This document shows positions 1 through 12,966 of a stretch of 64,000 nucleotides of DNA, one piece after another. The position numbers and the translations under genes were made by a program. The stretch's first letter is position 1, and each line of letters starts with the position of its first letter. Origin of the DNA: Balanoglossus misakiensis (taxonomy: Eukaryota > Animalia > Hemichordata). Location: contig CM082588.2 in NCBI GenBank assembly GCA_040954595.2, positions 3,722,156 through 3,786,155 of the forward strand, in the 5' to 3' direction. A model generated the notes under the pieces. It made no database searches, was not told the DNA's origin, and was given only the letters and a program-made list of their open reading frames with translations.

Positions 1-205
1 AAAGCCCTTGAGATAAAGGAAGTTACATTTAAGACCCAAGAGGTTGCAGAGATAGAATTCTCAGAGAGGGGCGACTTCAGGACATTGATTGGCATTTCAA
101 CTACAATTGATTGGTATTTGCTACAACAAATAAAATGTCATCATTGAAAATCCACAAGAATTTTATAAGACAGGTCACATACAAACTGACTACTTTGCTT
201 CCTAC

Positions 206-3200
206 CTTATTTTTGTCCCCACTCAGTGCACCAATCAGGTTGCTAAGCAACTGCGCCGGGTTGACACTGTCACTGTCGCTGGAGCTGGACGTGGTCACAC
301 CGTGGCGCGAACTGACCGCTGATAAATTGGCCGTGCTCTCCAGTAGACAGTAGTGACACATGGTGGTCAGACCTTCAAGTAGAGCTACTGCGTGGTCGGG
401 TGGAATGTACTCCAGTTTGGTCATTGGTCTGGAAGCAATATCATGAGCTATTATTATGAAAGTATGGGAGATAACATACCACAATGAAACCTAAACTTCA
501 TGATACATTGTATTATAATTCCAAAGATATCGTTCAAGAGTTTGCCAATGTAAATTTTATGAACATCACTGACCTCTTATCCTTCTGGAAACCTCCATTT
601 CTGTCGTAGAGATATGCTAAACTTTCCAAGTTCTTGCATAGCTGATTGGCCACCGGCACCACAATGTTGCCAAGTCCCTTTTCCATATATGGCAATCCAT
701 CGGTCACTATGGAAACCCACTGGCGGTGCACGTGGCTCATGTGTGGCTGTCTCAGAGCGCTGAGTATGGCGCATAGGAACATGCCCTGCGAAGCCACTCT
801 CTCTGACTGGATGAATCGCAGGGAGGACAGTGGCTGTGTGAAGTTCGGCCTCACGTGTTCCCATTCCCCGAGAGCGTCGTTGTCCGCCGCTCGGTCGCTG
901 CTGTCCTTCAGGGTGAACAGCTGCTCCTCCAAGACCATGATGGTCAGGACCAGCTGCAGGAGGTGGATCTGCACGGCCTGCGAACTCTTGTCGGACATGT
1001 TGAACCCGGCGCTGTACTGCCTCAGTGCCTGCTTTCGGGCGTTCAGCACGGTCGCCAACAGGCAGTGCAGGATGGCTTTCTGGACTTTGCACCTGGACAT
1101 CAGATCCTTGATGAAGGTCGCCGTGCCCTTGCCACTCTCCTTGACCACCTGCACCAGCTCGGCCAGTATCTTCGTCATGATCTCGATGCTCAGAATCTGC
1201 ACGTCTTTGTTGCCGCGTATGTCGTCCGAGCCCGCCGGCATGTGCTTGGGGTAGTAGCCCCGGATGAAGTACATGCAGACGGACACCAGGATCTCCAGGT
1301 ACGTGTTGCTTCTGAAACTGGCCAGGGCTTCCTGGGGGAGCTCGTCGTAGAAACTCTTCCCCACGATGGATCTGCGGTGGCGGGCCAGGAGGTTCTGAAG
1401 GGTGGCCAGGTGCGGCGTGTGGATGCTACTTATGCTGGTGGAGGAGGCGGCGCACACAAAGGTTCGCGGAATGACCTGCAGGATGTTCCGCAGCGCCGTG
1501 AGGACGTAAATGCTTCTCCGCGAGTCGTACATCTGCTTGTACATCAGCATGTGTTGATGAAGGGGATGAACGCTGTTCAAGGCTCTCTTCGTGTCGGAGG
1601 TCAGCGATGCCATACTGATATGTCTGTGTGGAGAGTCAGGCTCACTCTGCTCCGTGTCCAGTTCCGACAACTTTGTCTCAAAGTTATCCCACTCGAACTC
1701 ATCACCGGCTTCGTCATCAGCACTGTTGCCATGGTAATCATCGTCAAGATGGCTGTCCAGCTCTGGACCTCTGGAAGCGGCAGTGTCTTCGTCCTTGGAT
1801 TCCAGCTCATCGATCTCTTTTCCGTCGGCAAACTCTTTCTCCGGTACCGCGGTATTGATCACGTCGATCAAAATGGCTCTGGCGATTTCTTCTGGAGACT
1901 CGCTCACGCTGTAAGAGAATGCCTCCGGTTCAAACATGGCTCCGCCGTAGATGCTCTCCGGGTCGTCAGTTTCTCCCCTGGCTGTGGTCGAAGCGCCATC
2001 TTCCGGCAGACTTTCACTCGAACCGACTCGTCTTTTGGCTCTGGCGCCCGTCGCGCTGCTAGCTGCGGCCTGACAGCTGTATTCGCTTCCCGATTCACTG
2101 CTCAGCGAATGCTGCGAACCAAATGGATTGACAATCACACTCATGGTCTTAATCTCCGATTCTGCCGGCACGCGATACGCGGTACTCTTGTCGGTCTTCG
2201 TGACGTACTTCGCTCTCCCGTCGATAGACGTCATGGCAAACACCGGATTCTTCTTTTCCATATTCTTCATCAGGGTCTGCATTCCGTCTTTGTCGACGAA
2301 GTAACTGATTTCGCCATCGACATTCGAAATTCCACGTATACGTCTTTCCGCGGCGTCGTACGCATCCTCCTTGGCCTTCTCTTCGTCAGTCTGGATGTGC
2401 AGCTGGGCCTGCAGCGCGTCCATGGAATTCAGTCGCAGGAACTGCACCGACACCCTGGCCGTCTTCGGATGGAGCAGTATCAGCAACATCGGTTCCAGGA
2501 TGCGCGCTATGTCACCTCTCTCGATGGCGTGGGTCAGCCACGTTGTCACCACGGCCTTTGTGATGCTGTCCGTGTCATACAGGTGGTCAAGCACATTCAA
2601 CATTGACCTGTGAAGAGACACACTTGAACATTAATTATCTCTTCCCAAACAAATAAACTCAAACAGGCAAACATTGAGTTTCCCTTTAACAAGCATATTA
2701 CCTCTTAAAGTCTATGTATTGTTGGAAAGTATTTACCTGTCAAATGTTCTAGGAATTGTCGTAGGACTCGTAGAAATAATTCTTCCCCTGATGAGATGCC
2801 AGAGCAGAGCAAACTTCACATGTCCTTCAATGGATACAGCCTTTTGTGTAAAATAAGAAATTTAAAATAAGCAAAATAATATAGAAGTTCACATATATTT
2901 TGCAATGTAACAAAAACAATTTTGATTTTGTCATGAAATTCATGTAACTAGCTAGTACTGTTTTCAAGGATTACTAAACACACTATCCGTTTTACCTTAT
3001 CCTCATGTAACAAAGACCGCCCAATCACATCCTCGCATATATTCATAGAGGGTGCTACACTGTGCAGTTGATAAAAGAGGTCGGCACTCTTCTGGTGGTA
3101 CTGTGGTGTTTGTGCACTCAACCATCCCCACAAATTGCGGGCGACCATCTGTTGATAAAAGAAGAGGAAATCCATGTGTAAGATTTTTTACACCTTCCCT

Positions 3201-6200
3201 CTAAAAGTTTTATCATTATTATTAGACTTTATTTCAATTTGACAGACTGTTGAGCCAAGGGCTCTTCTCATACAGCAGTGCATGAGCACTGACTCGTGTC
3301 CCTATAAGGGCAGTGTATATAAAAGGCATCCTAATCAGACTGAGTGAAAGATCGTAGGGTGGTAGTTGCTTACCTGAAAGAACATGGTGTTATTAGTGAT
3401 GTAATCAAGGTGAATCTGGGCAATGGCCGGTACTATGACGACAGCGACCTTGCCCGGACCAGACGACGGGGGACTGTGTGGCGGCGATGGCACAAACGAT
3501 TTCCCTGTGGGTTCCGTGGCGACCGATTTCGTCAAATTGATCAGGTCCAACATGGTGGACACGGCTGTGCTTTGAATTTCAAAGTTACTGACGAAGCATG
3601 AACAGGTAACCAGTGCTTGCAACCACTCAGGCAAAGAAGTCCGGTCTGAAAAGCAATTATTGTTCGTTTTAATTTTTAAGAACGAGGTGATACACGCAGC
3701 AGTTTTCAAGTTTTTGATGTTGATGGGCCAGAAGTGTTACTTTCAGAAGAAATTTATTTTTGACATCTCACCTTTATTGATGGCATCCTGCAGCATGCTG
3801 GCTGTGAGGTTCTCATCGCAGTACAGAGGAAAGCACGAGAACTCCACCAAGAGTTGACAAGCAGCAATGAATGCATCGATATGGGCTCTGGGCAGTGAAG
3901 CCCCGTCGAATCTGACAGATTCTAGGGAGAGAAATACACAGCATGAACAGAAAAGTGAAACGATTGATTTACGACTATTTTTGTGAAACTTCTGATTGGG
4001 ACACTCAAGTATATGAACGGCAAAGCCATGACACAACAAATATAGGTTGGGAACACCCAGTTGGAGCATGGAGTTTATGAAGGCTTCAAGGTGAAATTCG
4101 GAAAGGTTGAGAGCAATGGTGGCATTCCTAAATGTTGTGCAGATTTCCTGTGTCACCTGTTATTATGGTGGCCATAATACTGTACTGTACAGTGACGGTA
4201 TCTCTATTTTCATGATTTTTATGGAAGCTATGACGCACTACAAAACTACTGAAAATGTGTTTCAGGACTCTGCGGGTATCAAACTGTGGTTTGGAAAAAT
4301 CCGTGCGACAAGAGGAAGAGACAGACAAGAGGAAAACACCGGAATCATGCAGGATGAGTGTGTGAGAGATGATGAAACATGCAGGAAATAACACAGCTTG
4401 CTGCAAAGAGCTGAATGATCCATCACTGACAAGTTCTCGCAACATCATCACTGTGGCATGAGAGAACGAGTCAGATCTCCAGCAAAATCATAATTTCGCA
4501 ATCATAACAAGACAAGAAACCGTGCAATCACTTTCACATTACACATCCTTTTTTGAGCTTTATCCTCATGCCACATCAATGCGTACCACGAGGCCGTCAC
4601 ATGACACCACGAACTAACCACATGACACCACAGGCTAGAGGCACGTGATGATCACATGATCACCACACAACAGGCCGCACAGAGAGAGAGAGAGAGACAC
4701 CCACCCACCTCTGCCATATCTTAAGAAAACTATGTCGCGCTCGGTTCTGAATCCTGTCGACGGATGGTAATGTGGATGAGATGAACTGTCATGCATGTAC
4801 ATATCCCAACAACCTGAGACATGTACTCGTTTGAAAAGAAGAGAACCGTAGCAAAGAACGTCGGCAGAGCAAAGTGTGCCACCCGTCGGAACAGTGGAAG
4901 AGTCTTTACGTTTGTCCTTACGCGGTTCTTCTTCGACGGGCGTTTCAGAGCTAGTCCTACCGTTATTACCTGTGGTGGTGATGTAGTCCATGCAGGTACC
5001 TACGATCTCCGAACAGGGTAAGATCTTGGTGGTGATGAACTTGGCGAAGCAGTTCTGGTAGCACTGCATGCAGGCCTGCATCAGAAACAGCGGCGTCTGT
5101 TCCTTCTCGTGGTCCAGCATCCCGGTGGTGCTGGCCGCCTCCCTCTCTGTGGGCTCTTCCGATTGGCCGCTCGCGGTCACCGACGACGACTCGGACTTCC
5201 TGGTTTCCGATTCCGGCTCCGACTCCGACTCGGATTCAGAAACGGACTCTTCGTCCTCGGCATCTCCCTGTTCGCCGACGTTGATCGGAGTGATCTTCCC
5301 GGCTTTCATGAATTCGTCCTCCGTGGACTGCATCGCCTGATTGACGAAATCCTTCCCGTCTTTGCTGGAGATCTTGGAACCGTCCCGGCTGGAGTCGGTA
5401 TCATTCCAGGAGACGTTAGTCTCGTCCATCCGGTCGATCGGAATTTCATCCTCCTCCAGTTGATCCGGATCAAACTTTTCCTCTTCCCCGACGGTTGTCG
5501 AGGAGTCGTCTCCATTTTCCTCCTTCTGCTCCGGGACTTCCTCCTGGCTATCCTCGTCTGGGGAAACGGCGTCGCTGTCGGCAACCCCCTCTTCTCTCGC
5601 CTCCTCTTCCGTGCTCCCCTCGTCCGTCGCCGGCGCTTGATTCCCTTCCCGGTCGGAGTTCTCCTGCAGCATTCCTTCCTGGTACTCCCCGGACTGCGTG
5701 ATGGTGCCGTCTGCCGGCGTGGTCGCCATGGACGGCAGGACTTTGGTCAGGATCTTGGCGCAGAGATTCAGTCCATCGTTGATGTCGCTGACGTCCAAAA
5801 TCAGGCTGTGGTTACTCATCGACATCGTGATCTGACACAGAAGCTGGGGAAGATGCTCAGTCTGAGTTTCCATGTACGTTTCCTGGTAGCAAAAAAAAAA
5901 GGAAACAAAAAATTGTCAGTATTAAATTCTCCTGTTTTGATCCACAAACCAATGAATAAAGAGGACTAGAAACTATAGTACCCAGAGGTCAAGAGAGCAT
6001 CAGTGGAGGAACTTACCAGCGACACGACATCCAGCAGAAAATCCACCAACTTGCAGAGTTCATGCACGGTTACTTTGCCGTGGGCAATGCAGTCATCATC
6101 TGACATCACTTTCTTCAACCTACAGCACGCTTCGAACTGTCTCGCGATGTAATCCCAGAGGAAAAACGGCTCAAAGGTACTGAAGAGGAGGTTGGCGGTC

Positions 6201-9200
6201 TTTATCAACTCTGACGAGCCTTTCTCTTCTTTGCTTCGTCTCTGTCGCCGTGACTTCGGTCTGCCTTTCTTGCGGGCGCTCTTCTCCTGCTCGAAGTTGA
6301 TACTCAGGCAGTGCAAGTACAGCGAGCGGAAGACTTCGGCCAGAATGTCCTCCAGGATAGCCGCTCCGATTTCAGGCTTGTCCAGAAGACTGATTAATAT
6401 GCGATACGGTTTCAACGCCGCGATTTTCTCTCCCCCCGACCCCCAGGCAGTGTTCAGCTCGTCGTCGTGTAGTCGCAACTTCAACGACTCAATCAAGAAC
6501 TCCTTGGAATGCACATCAAAATACGAGGCTTCTTCTTCGCTGATCGTGGTGATCGAACTCGAAATGCTCTCAGCGTGTCGCAGACGGGGATGAAAGTCCT
6601 GCCCGCCGGAAATGCTGTTAGAGTCGCCCCCAAGCAGCCAGGCGTACAGGCGACGATTCAGCGACATGTCGCGTCTCAGAACCACGTTCAACGCAGCTGT
6701 GATGACTCTGACTGTATCGTCTTTTTCCAGACGGGCTGTATGCATTGGAAGACACTGCAGCAAGAAATCCAGCATACTTCTCTGTACTAAAACGCTGGAG
6801 TCGTGCAGAGCAGCAGATATTGCACTAACCTACAGAAAGAGAGAAAATTTCAGTCACATTGTCAAACTTTGGCGCTAGTGTGTGATTATCACAGTCCATA
6901 GATTTATTATCAAGAATCTTCAACAACAACAAAATCAGGAAAATAATATTCTTAAGTTTGAGTTGTCTTACCACATAATCATTTTAATGAACAGAAGGGG
7001 TCAGTGACCGGTGGATGAGTTATAAATTAATGTCAAATAAATGGGGTTAATTAATAGTGTGAAAAATTTCTAGACCCTGCTTTCCTTATATCTGGAACCA
7101 TGGATCCAAGTTTAAAAATAGCAAATTAAATTCCTGTTGGTTTTCATGTTAATTTGAACATTCTAACAAAAACATTATTTTAAATGCAGGTATGACATCT
7201 GCATTTTTCATTAAAAATTTACATATCAAATACCGTTATTTGTTGAGTGGTTATTTCACTGTGCAAGTGTTGAAGTTAAAATCATTTTTAATAAATCCAC
7301 CACTTTAAAAATACACCTATCATCAATTATTTTTGTTGCGCAACTTGAAATATTTGACACGTAGGTAAGAGTTTTTGTAAACATGAATAAATTGGATGAC
7401 AAATCAAATATTTGATCTTTGCAGACATGATACATACAAAATATTAATGTGCCATCCCAGTGTGATGGTTACATAACACATACAGACATTAAATGAGTTT
7501 TACCTTGGAATAAAATTGTCATAACAAATGACAGGCATGGCCTCACTGTCATCACATTTTCAAAGCAGCATATTTGACTGATTAAGGACAAATGGTCTGT
7601 TTTTTATTCCCTTGATTATTGTCGATAAATAAAAATAGCAAAATTCACATAAATTCGCTGTGAATTCTCCACAATTTTTACAACCTCGTGAAAAGAATGA
7701 ATAGATTCTGAAAATGCTGTTTTGATGAATTCTACCCTTTCACACTATATTGTGGACTATTCTTTCTGGTAAGTCTGGTTCATAGAGTTTCCTGGCCTCT
7801 CAACACGTCAAACTTTCTCACAATGCTTCTCTTCTTCATAACTCCCCCCCCCCTGACAACAGCAGAATTCATTTCCACATTTCAGTCAAACCCGACCTGC
7901 ATCCTCAACCCCGGAACAACAATTTGGGATACTGTGCCAGCCACACCATATGTTCTGTTTATTTTTGGCTCCTGTAAACGGAAAGCTTGTCACATATCAT
8001 GGCGGTGTTCCATCTTCAATGAACTGACCAGATGGTGTGAATTCGAGCGCCACTCAGATAAAACACTGACATTAATATCTGGGGCTTGCTGAATTGCATT
8101 TTGTCTCAAAGCAGCAAATCTCATGTATATACACGATTTACGTCTGATCTACTATATTGACAGTGACCCATGGTTGATGGCATCACCGGACCATGTTTAC
8201 TACCACCAGTTGAGACCAGTGCAAATATACACTGACAACTCAGCATATACCGGTACCTGAGTGGTGATGGCCACATAGCTGAGTTCACATAGCAACAAGT
8301 ACGACTAATCTGACATCCAAAGCTGGAAGTGTTTGCCCCAAAAATCAGCAAAATACACGTACCAGAAGTTGTGATATTAGAAAATGTTGACTAGAAAAGT
8401 ATATGCAGCAAGGCCAATAATACAAGTTTTGACATGTCAGAATTCATAAATTCCAGCTATTTACATCCAGGAAAATAACGAAACATGTGGGAACAAAAAC
8501 CTTTGTGCGGGATGCATTGGCAAGAGCAATTCGGAAAAACATGGCCGATTGTTGTGAAAGTCATTTTCTATGAAAGGACATAACAATGATAAAACAATAT
8601 ATCATAAAGTGTCTGTGATAACTGATAATGACATCGTGCAGTGGGTGTCCCAATTTCTGAGTATCAAATAATAGAATATTAATTTAAAAGACCTTTATTT
8701 GCATATGAAAACGGAGTATCATTATCTCGTACTACCAGTAATGACATGATCCTACATGCATTGTGGCGTTCACAATAAAAAGTTATTAATCATGAAAACT
8801 GCATGGACCTTTGACGGAAGCAGACATTTGGCATTTGTGGGATTTTTTTTTTGTACTTTGGACACGATTTTTTTTCAGCAACTGTTTGTGTATTTCTACT
8901 CATTACTCTTAGTTGAAATTCCAAGAGCATTCTGCTTCTTGTCAAAAAAGAAAACAAAATTGAAGGCACCTTTATCTTTATCACATATTACAGTTTTATA
9001 CTTATTTAATAACAATGCCTCTGATTGGGTTGTTCAACCCACAGACTGTGCAGTAAACCAATCAAGGACTGCCTTCTACTAGTGTACAAGGCCGACCAAT
9101 CACAAACAACCTTACACTTTTGGATGCAGGAGAAACAGAAATAAGGCTTACCATCCTATTTGTATCATTTCCCATGAAATACAGCTGTCCTTCCAGAGGG

Positions 9201-9957
9201 ACTTGTTTGCTGACGTACGACAACACGAAATTTGTGGCAGGAAGCCTTGCCATTGGACTTGACAACACGCAATCCCATAATGCAGTGTGGAAAGAAACTC
9301 GGTCTGTCACTGCACATACTTGTTCCAGCAAACTGTTTGTTCTGTTAAAAGACAACAGGAAAGAAATTTTAGGAGTTACAGATATTAGTGAATGTATGCA
9401 CTGGTATATTTTGATAAACTTTTAAGACTAACTCATGGATTAAACTAAGACAATTACCTTTCATAATGCTCTGATCCTTCCTCTAATCCCGGCAATATTC
9501 CCAGCAGTAGACCGTTCAATCCGGGTTTGAGATGTTCCCCTAGTGGCAGATAATGTTCTTCGTATAGGTTGAGCAGCACGGGTTTGACGGACATGGCCGC
9601 ATTGCCGAGCAGTGGAAACAATCCTGCGCTGTAGAGGAAGAGGTCCTGGGCCAGCCGCTTGGGCCCAGTGTTTCTGAAGATGATGTCGTACGTCTCGAGC
9701 GCTCGGAGGTGGACCCCGCTTGGCAGTGCCGGATGGGTGCATTGTGCGAGACGCTTCCCGATTAGAAGACGTTTGGGAATGACGGGATACTTGGAGTTGG
9801 CTTGGAGAACCTTGTTGAGTTTTCCCAGAGCGGATATCAGATCGGCCCATTCGCTGGAGTATTCGAAGTTCTTCAACGCTTTCTCCACGGCTGCCACATA
9901 CGCCCTGTACTTTGCGTCGCCCACCCATTCACTTTCTTCCTGGTGAAGGCTGGCCAT
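206..9957 (-). CDS. DOP1: Dopey/DOP1 family trafficking protein (partial; C-terminal exons lie beyond position 1)
   Basis: Dopey_N start [49 protein letters not shown]...[10 protein letters not shown]-like motif ([18 protein letters not shown]), then [28 protein letters not shown] and [25 protein letters not shown]. Exons by GT/AG: 9458-9957, 9152-9341, 6017-6829, ~4850-5882 (donor uncertain), 3772-3921, 3374-3645, 2996-3148, 2737-2840, 574-2607, 206-428. Confidence 0.93.
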
Positions 9958-10749
9958 TAGTGCCTGTAATATGAAATCAGAGAGAGAACCGTGCATCAAT
10001 AAATTTGGAAAAATTATGAACAATCACTCCCAGATGTTTTGTATCCAGAAGGAATGATAATTTTAGGTTCAGTTTAAAAACAAAAAACTTTGGAAATCTG
10101 GATGTCCTTTCAAATATATAACAGAGGTTTGGTGTGCTGTGCATGGTCATCTAAACAAGATGACCCTCTTCGAAATAATTGAAATAATAACATGTAAGGA
10201 CACCAGTTGGACAACGGGACTGGATACAGGGTCACAGTTGTCACGACGACAGCCGTGCACTGAAAATGGTGTAAATTTAGAATTATGGTAATCTACCACC
10301 TCTCTCTTCTACGATGTCCCACCAATATGTCAGACAACACAAAATTAGAGTATCCAGTTTGCTAATATTTCTTCATATTTTGTTTTCAAAGCGCATTTTT
10401 TTATTTGACAATGATGGTCGCGGACAACAAAAGGAACAATGACAAGGTACAAATGCGTTCTTGATCATCAATGTGAAATATATGTTAACTATTTTCACAA
10501 TGAAGTCAGATGAATAACAATAGAAAGCCAGTCTCACGTAGTCTTATTCTAAAAAACAGCCACATGATTATATGTTGAACTTGAAGCTAAGAGTTTTTAC
10601 AGCTAAGAATTTCTGATGAAACGGCTTGCCAAATACAAAATGAAAATGTCACGGCCTACAACACACTGAAATATCTACCAGCAGAAATTGGCCAGTCGGT
10701 ATGTAGATCAGATCTTGCTGATCATCTTTCTCTTTTGCTATCCATGCAT

Positions 10750-10860
10750 ACTCACCCCCATCTCTCAACACGACAACTTCAACCTGATCTTAGAACGCTG
10801 GTAAAACTCGCTAAGGAACGATATCACAACAAAAAGCTGCTGTTTCGCGCGAGTTATAAT
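10750..10860 (-). promoter_or_regulatory. Probable DOP1 5'UTR exon/promoter with an E2F-like site
   Basis: Minus-strand donor GTGAGT near 10750-10755; TTTCGCGC at 10843-10850. Confidence 0.3.
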
Positions 10861-11057
10861 AGATCTCTGACACGCCAATACTGTCATATGTAAGGGCTTT
10901 CGTATGTTCTAAAAATATAATTGGCTGTAATTGTCTTTCCATGCAGAATGGATTTGGCTGCTTGATGTTACATTGGTTGAAGCACTGGGTGAAAGGTTCT
11001 TAGCTGCCGCCGTGTTAGAAATGATTCACAGAAAGTTGTGGAAGCGAAAGGTACAGA

Positions 11058-11290
11058 TTAAAGGGAAGCGGTCGTCGCGCCGCGTGGGTGTCCCCCTTGA
11101 TGAGAATATGTCCTCCCATACCAGCGCAAACCCCACTGCAGTCGCCACGACCTACTAGGATCTTCAGTTGCTGCCATGCCCAGTCTACACTACAGTTGGC
11201 TGCTTCCTTCATTCTAAGAATGATCTAATTTGTTGTGGATGAATTGTAATGTTTATAAACAAATGCGGCGCGACGACCCCTTCACTTTAA
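11058..11290. mobile_element. ~225-bp MITE with TTAA target-site duplication (Kolobok/T2-like)
   Basis: Left end TTAA|AGGGAAGCGGTCGTCGCGCCGC (11058-11083); right end reverse complement TTAA|AGTGAAGGGGTCGTCGCGCCGC (11265-11290). 22-bp TIR with 2 mismatches. Confidence 0.75.
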
Positions 11291-12890
11291 AGTGCTGAGA
11301 AACAACATAAACCTTCTTGATAACTCCTGCACAAGTATACTGCATTAAAAAAACGTAACCAAGCTTAATAATTAGAAACAGTACGCTTGAAGTTGAACAA
11401 AAAAATAGAAATACCCGTAAATTTTCTTCCATTTGTTTCTTGCGGATCGACAACGCGCCGATGACAACCGCCGCTGACAGAGAAGCCACCTCAAACGCCA
11501 TAATTCCTCCTCTACGCTCGCCTCAAAGTAAAAGTTTGACGTTTGAATTCACACACGTGTACCGGTATTCCAATCCACACACCCGGCAAACATCAAGACA
11601 ACGCTAGCTGCATCATGGACAGTCGAGAACTAACTGACAGAACGGAGACTACATTTCACCGTATGTTTTTCACCCCACAAAAAGGTACAGGGACGGGTCA
11701 TGATTAAAACATGAAATTATAATGACGGCTCCATATTGTTCTTTCCACCTGTTATGTGACAGGTTTTTATTTAATTCATTGCATATCATACAATAATTGG
11801 GTATCCCTAAGTTTGTGGTGTTTCAACATCATGCCCGCTACGGTTTGAAGCGAAATGACAATATTGGTTACTCACGGAAAACGTTCAAACACTGCAACAC
11901 AGAAACTGATCAAATCCATTACGAGCTCAAAGAATATATTCCCCACAAGACGTTTGATGGCCAAGAACTGCTAAAAATGATACCAATCTGGTACAAATAC
12001 AACTCCGGTATTACCACAATGCAAACACAGAGCACCTGTAATTATTATCTACAGGTACCATCGCTATTTCAGGAAAAATCACCTGATCAAAAATATTTGC
12101 ATACGAAAACATTAACACGCATATGATAGGGAGTCACATAAATTTGCGCAAAAAGGGGACCATATTTTATTTGTTCCCAGGTATATTTGTGGTTGTATGT
12201 TGATTGTGCATATACAAGTTTGTTATTTCTAGATTTCCTGTGATGTCAAAATATGTGCGAAAAAAGACATCGTTACTGTACTGTCTCTGAAAACCTACAT
12301 TAAAAACACCCTATGAAGTGGTTTAATCTTCTGCTTATCAAATGGTGAATTTTGGGTATAACTATAAGTACACCGAAATATGTAAGTAGCAGTAACTCAA
12401 AGTAACTTCGCTTCTCTCACCAGTGCATGATTACAATGGAGCGCTATCATATAAGACCAAGCATTGTATTCCTTCCAACATGTGACAATGACTCAGTGTC
12501 CGCACATGTAAATCTCCACATCATTCAAAACAACGTGGTCTGATGTCAGCATAACACACCACTCAAAGCTTGCCGAAACTGACCATTGCTCTAACTACTT
12601 GACAATTGTATAGCCAATGACGGTACTGTTGCTGAAGGTCACGCTACCCTTGTTGCAGGTTGCCAGATAAAAAAAACACTTCTGTTTTGAACATCTCAAG
12701 CGCTTTGAAATCAACACTACATGTGTGCATGGAGTTATTGTGCTCTGATGTGTTGTTTTGTCTGGCAAGTTGTCAACAAGAGCAGGTGGAATAACAACAA
12801 TACTATACCACCTAAGATTTTATTACCGAAGTGCTTACAAAATACTCTTGATTTTTAGCATAGTTAAAGCTGTGGAAAAGCATCTGTTCG

Positions 12891-12966
12891 GTGGGGGGGG
12901 GGGGGGGGGGGGGGGATATGCAAATGTCATAACGAAATTAGCATATCTTCTCCCCCCCCCCCCCCC
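12891..12966. repeat. Palindromic element: G-run GATATGCAAAT...ATTAGCATATC C-run
   Basis: Poly-G and poly-C tracts flank an imperfect inverted repeat. Confidence 0.55.

Noticed and set aside
855-2606. 583-aa plus-strand ORF and other long antisense ORFs (5109-5969, 17635-18601, 50870-51277)
   Set aside because: Shadow frames of GC3-rich exons of DOP1, DCAF6 and the CYP; no recognisable motifs.
11253-11515. GAGGAGG just before the ATG of an 82-aa ORF (Shine-Dalgarno-like)
   Set aside because: Eukaryotic context, the ORF runs into a MITE and has no recognisable homology; likely chance.
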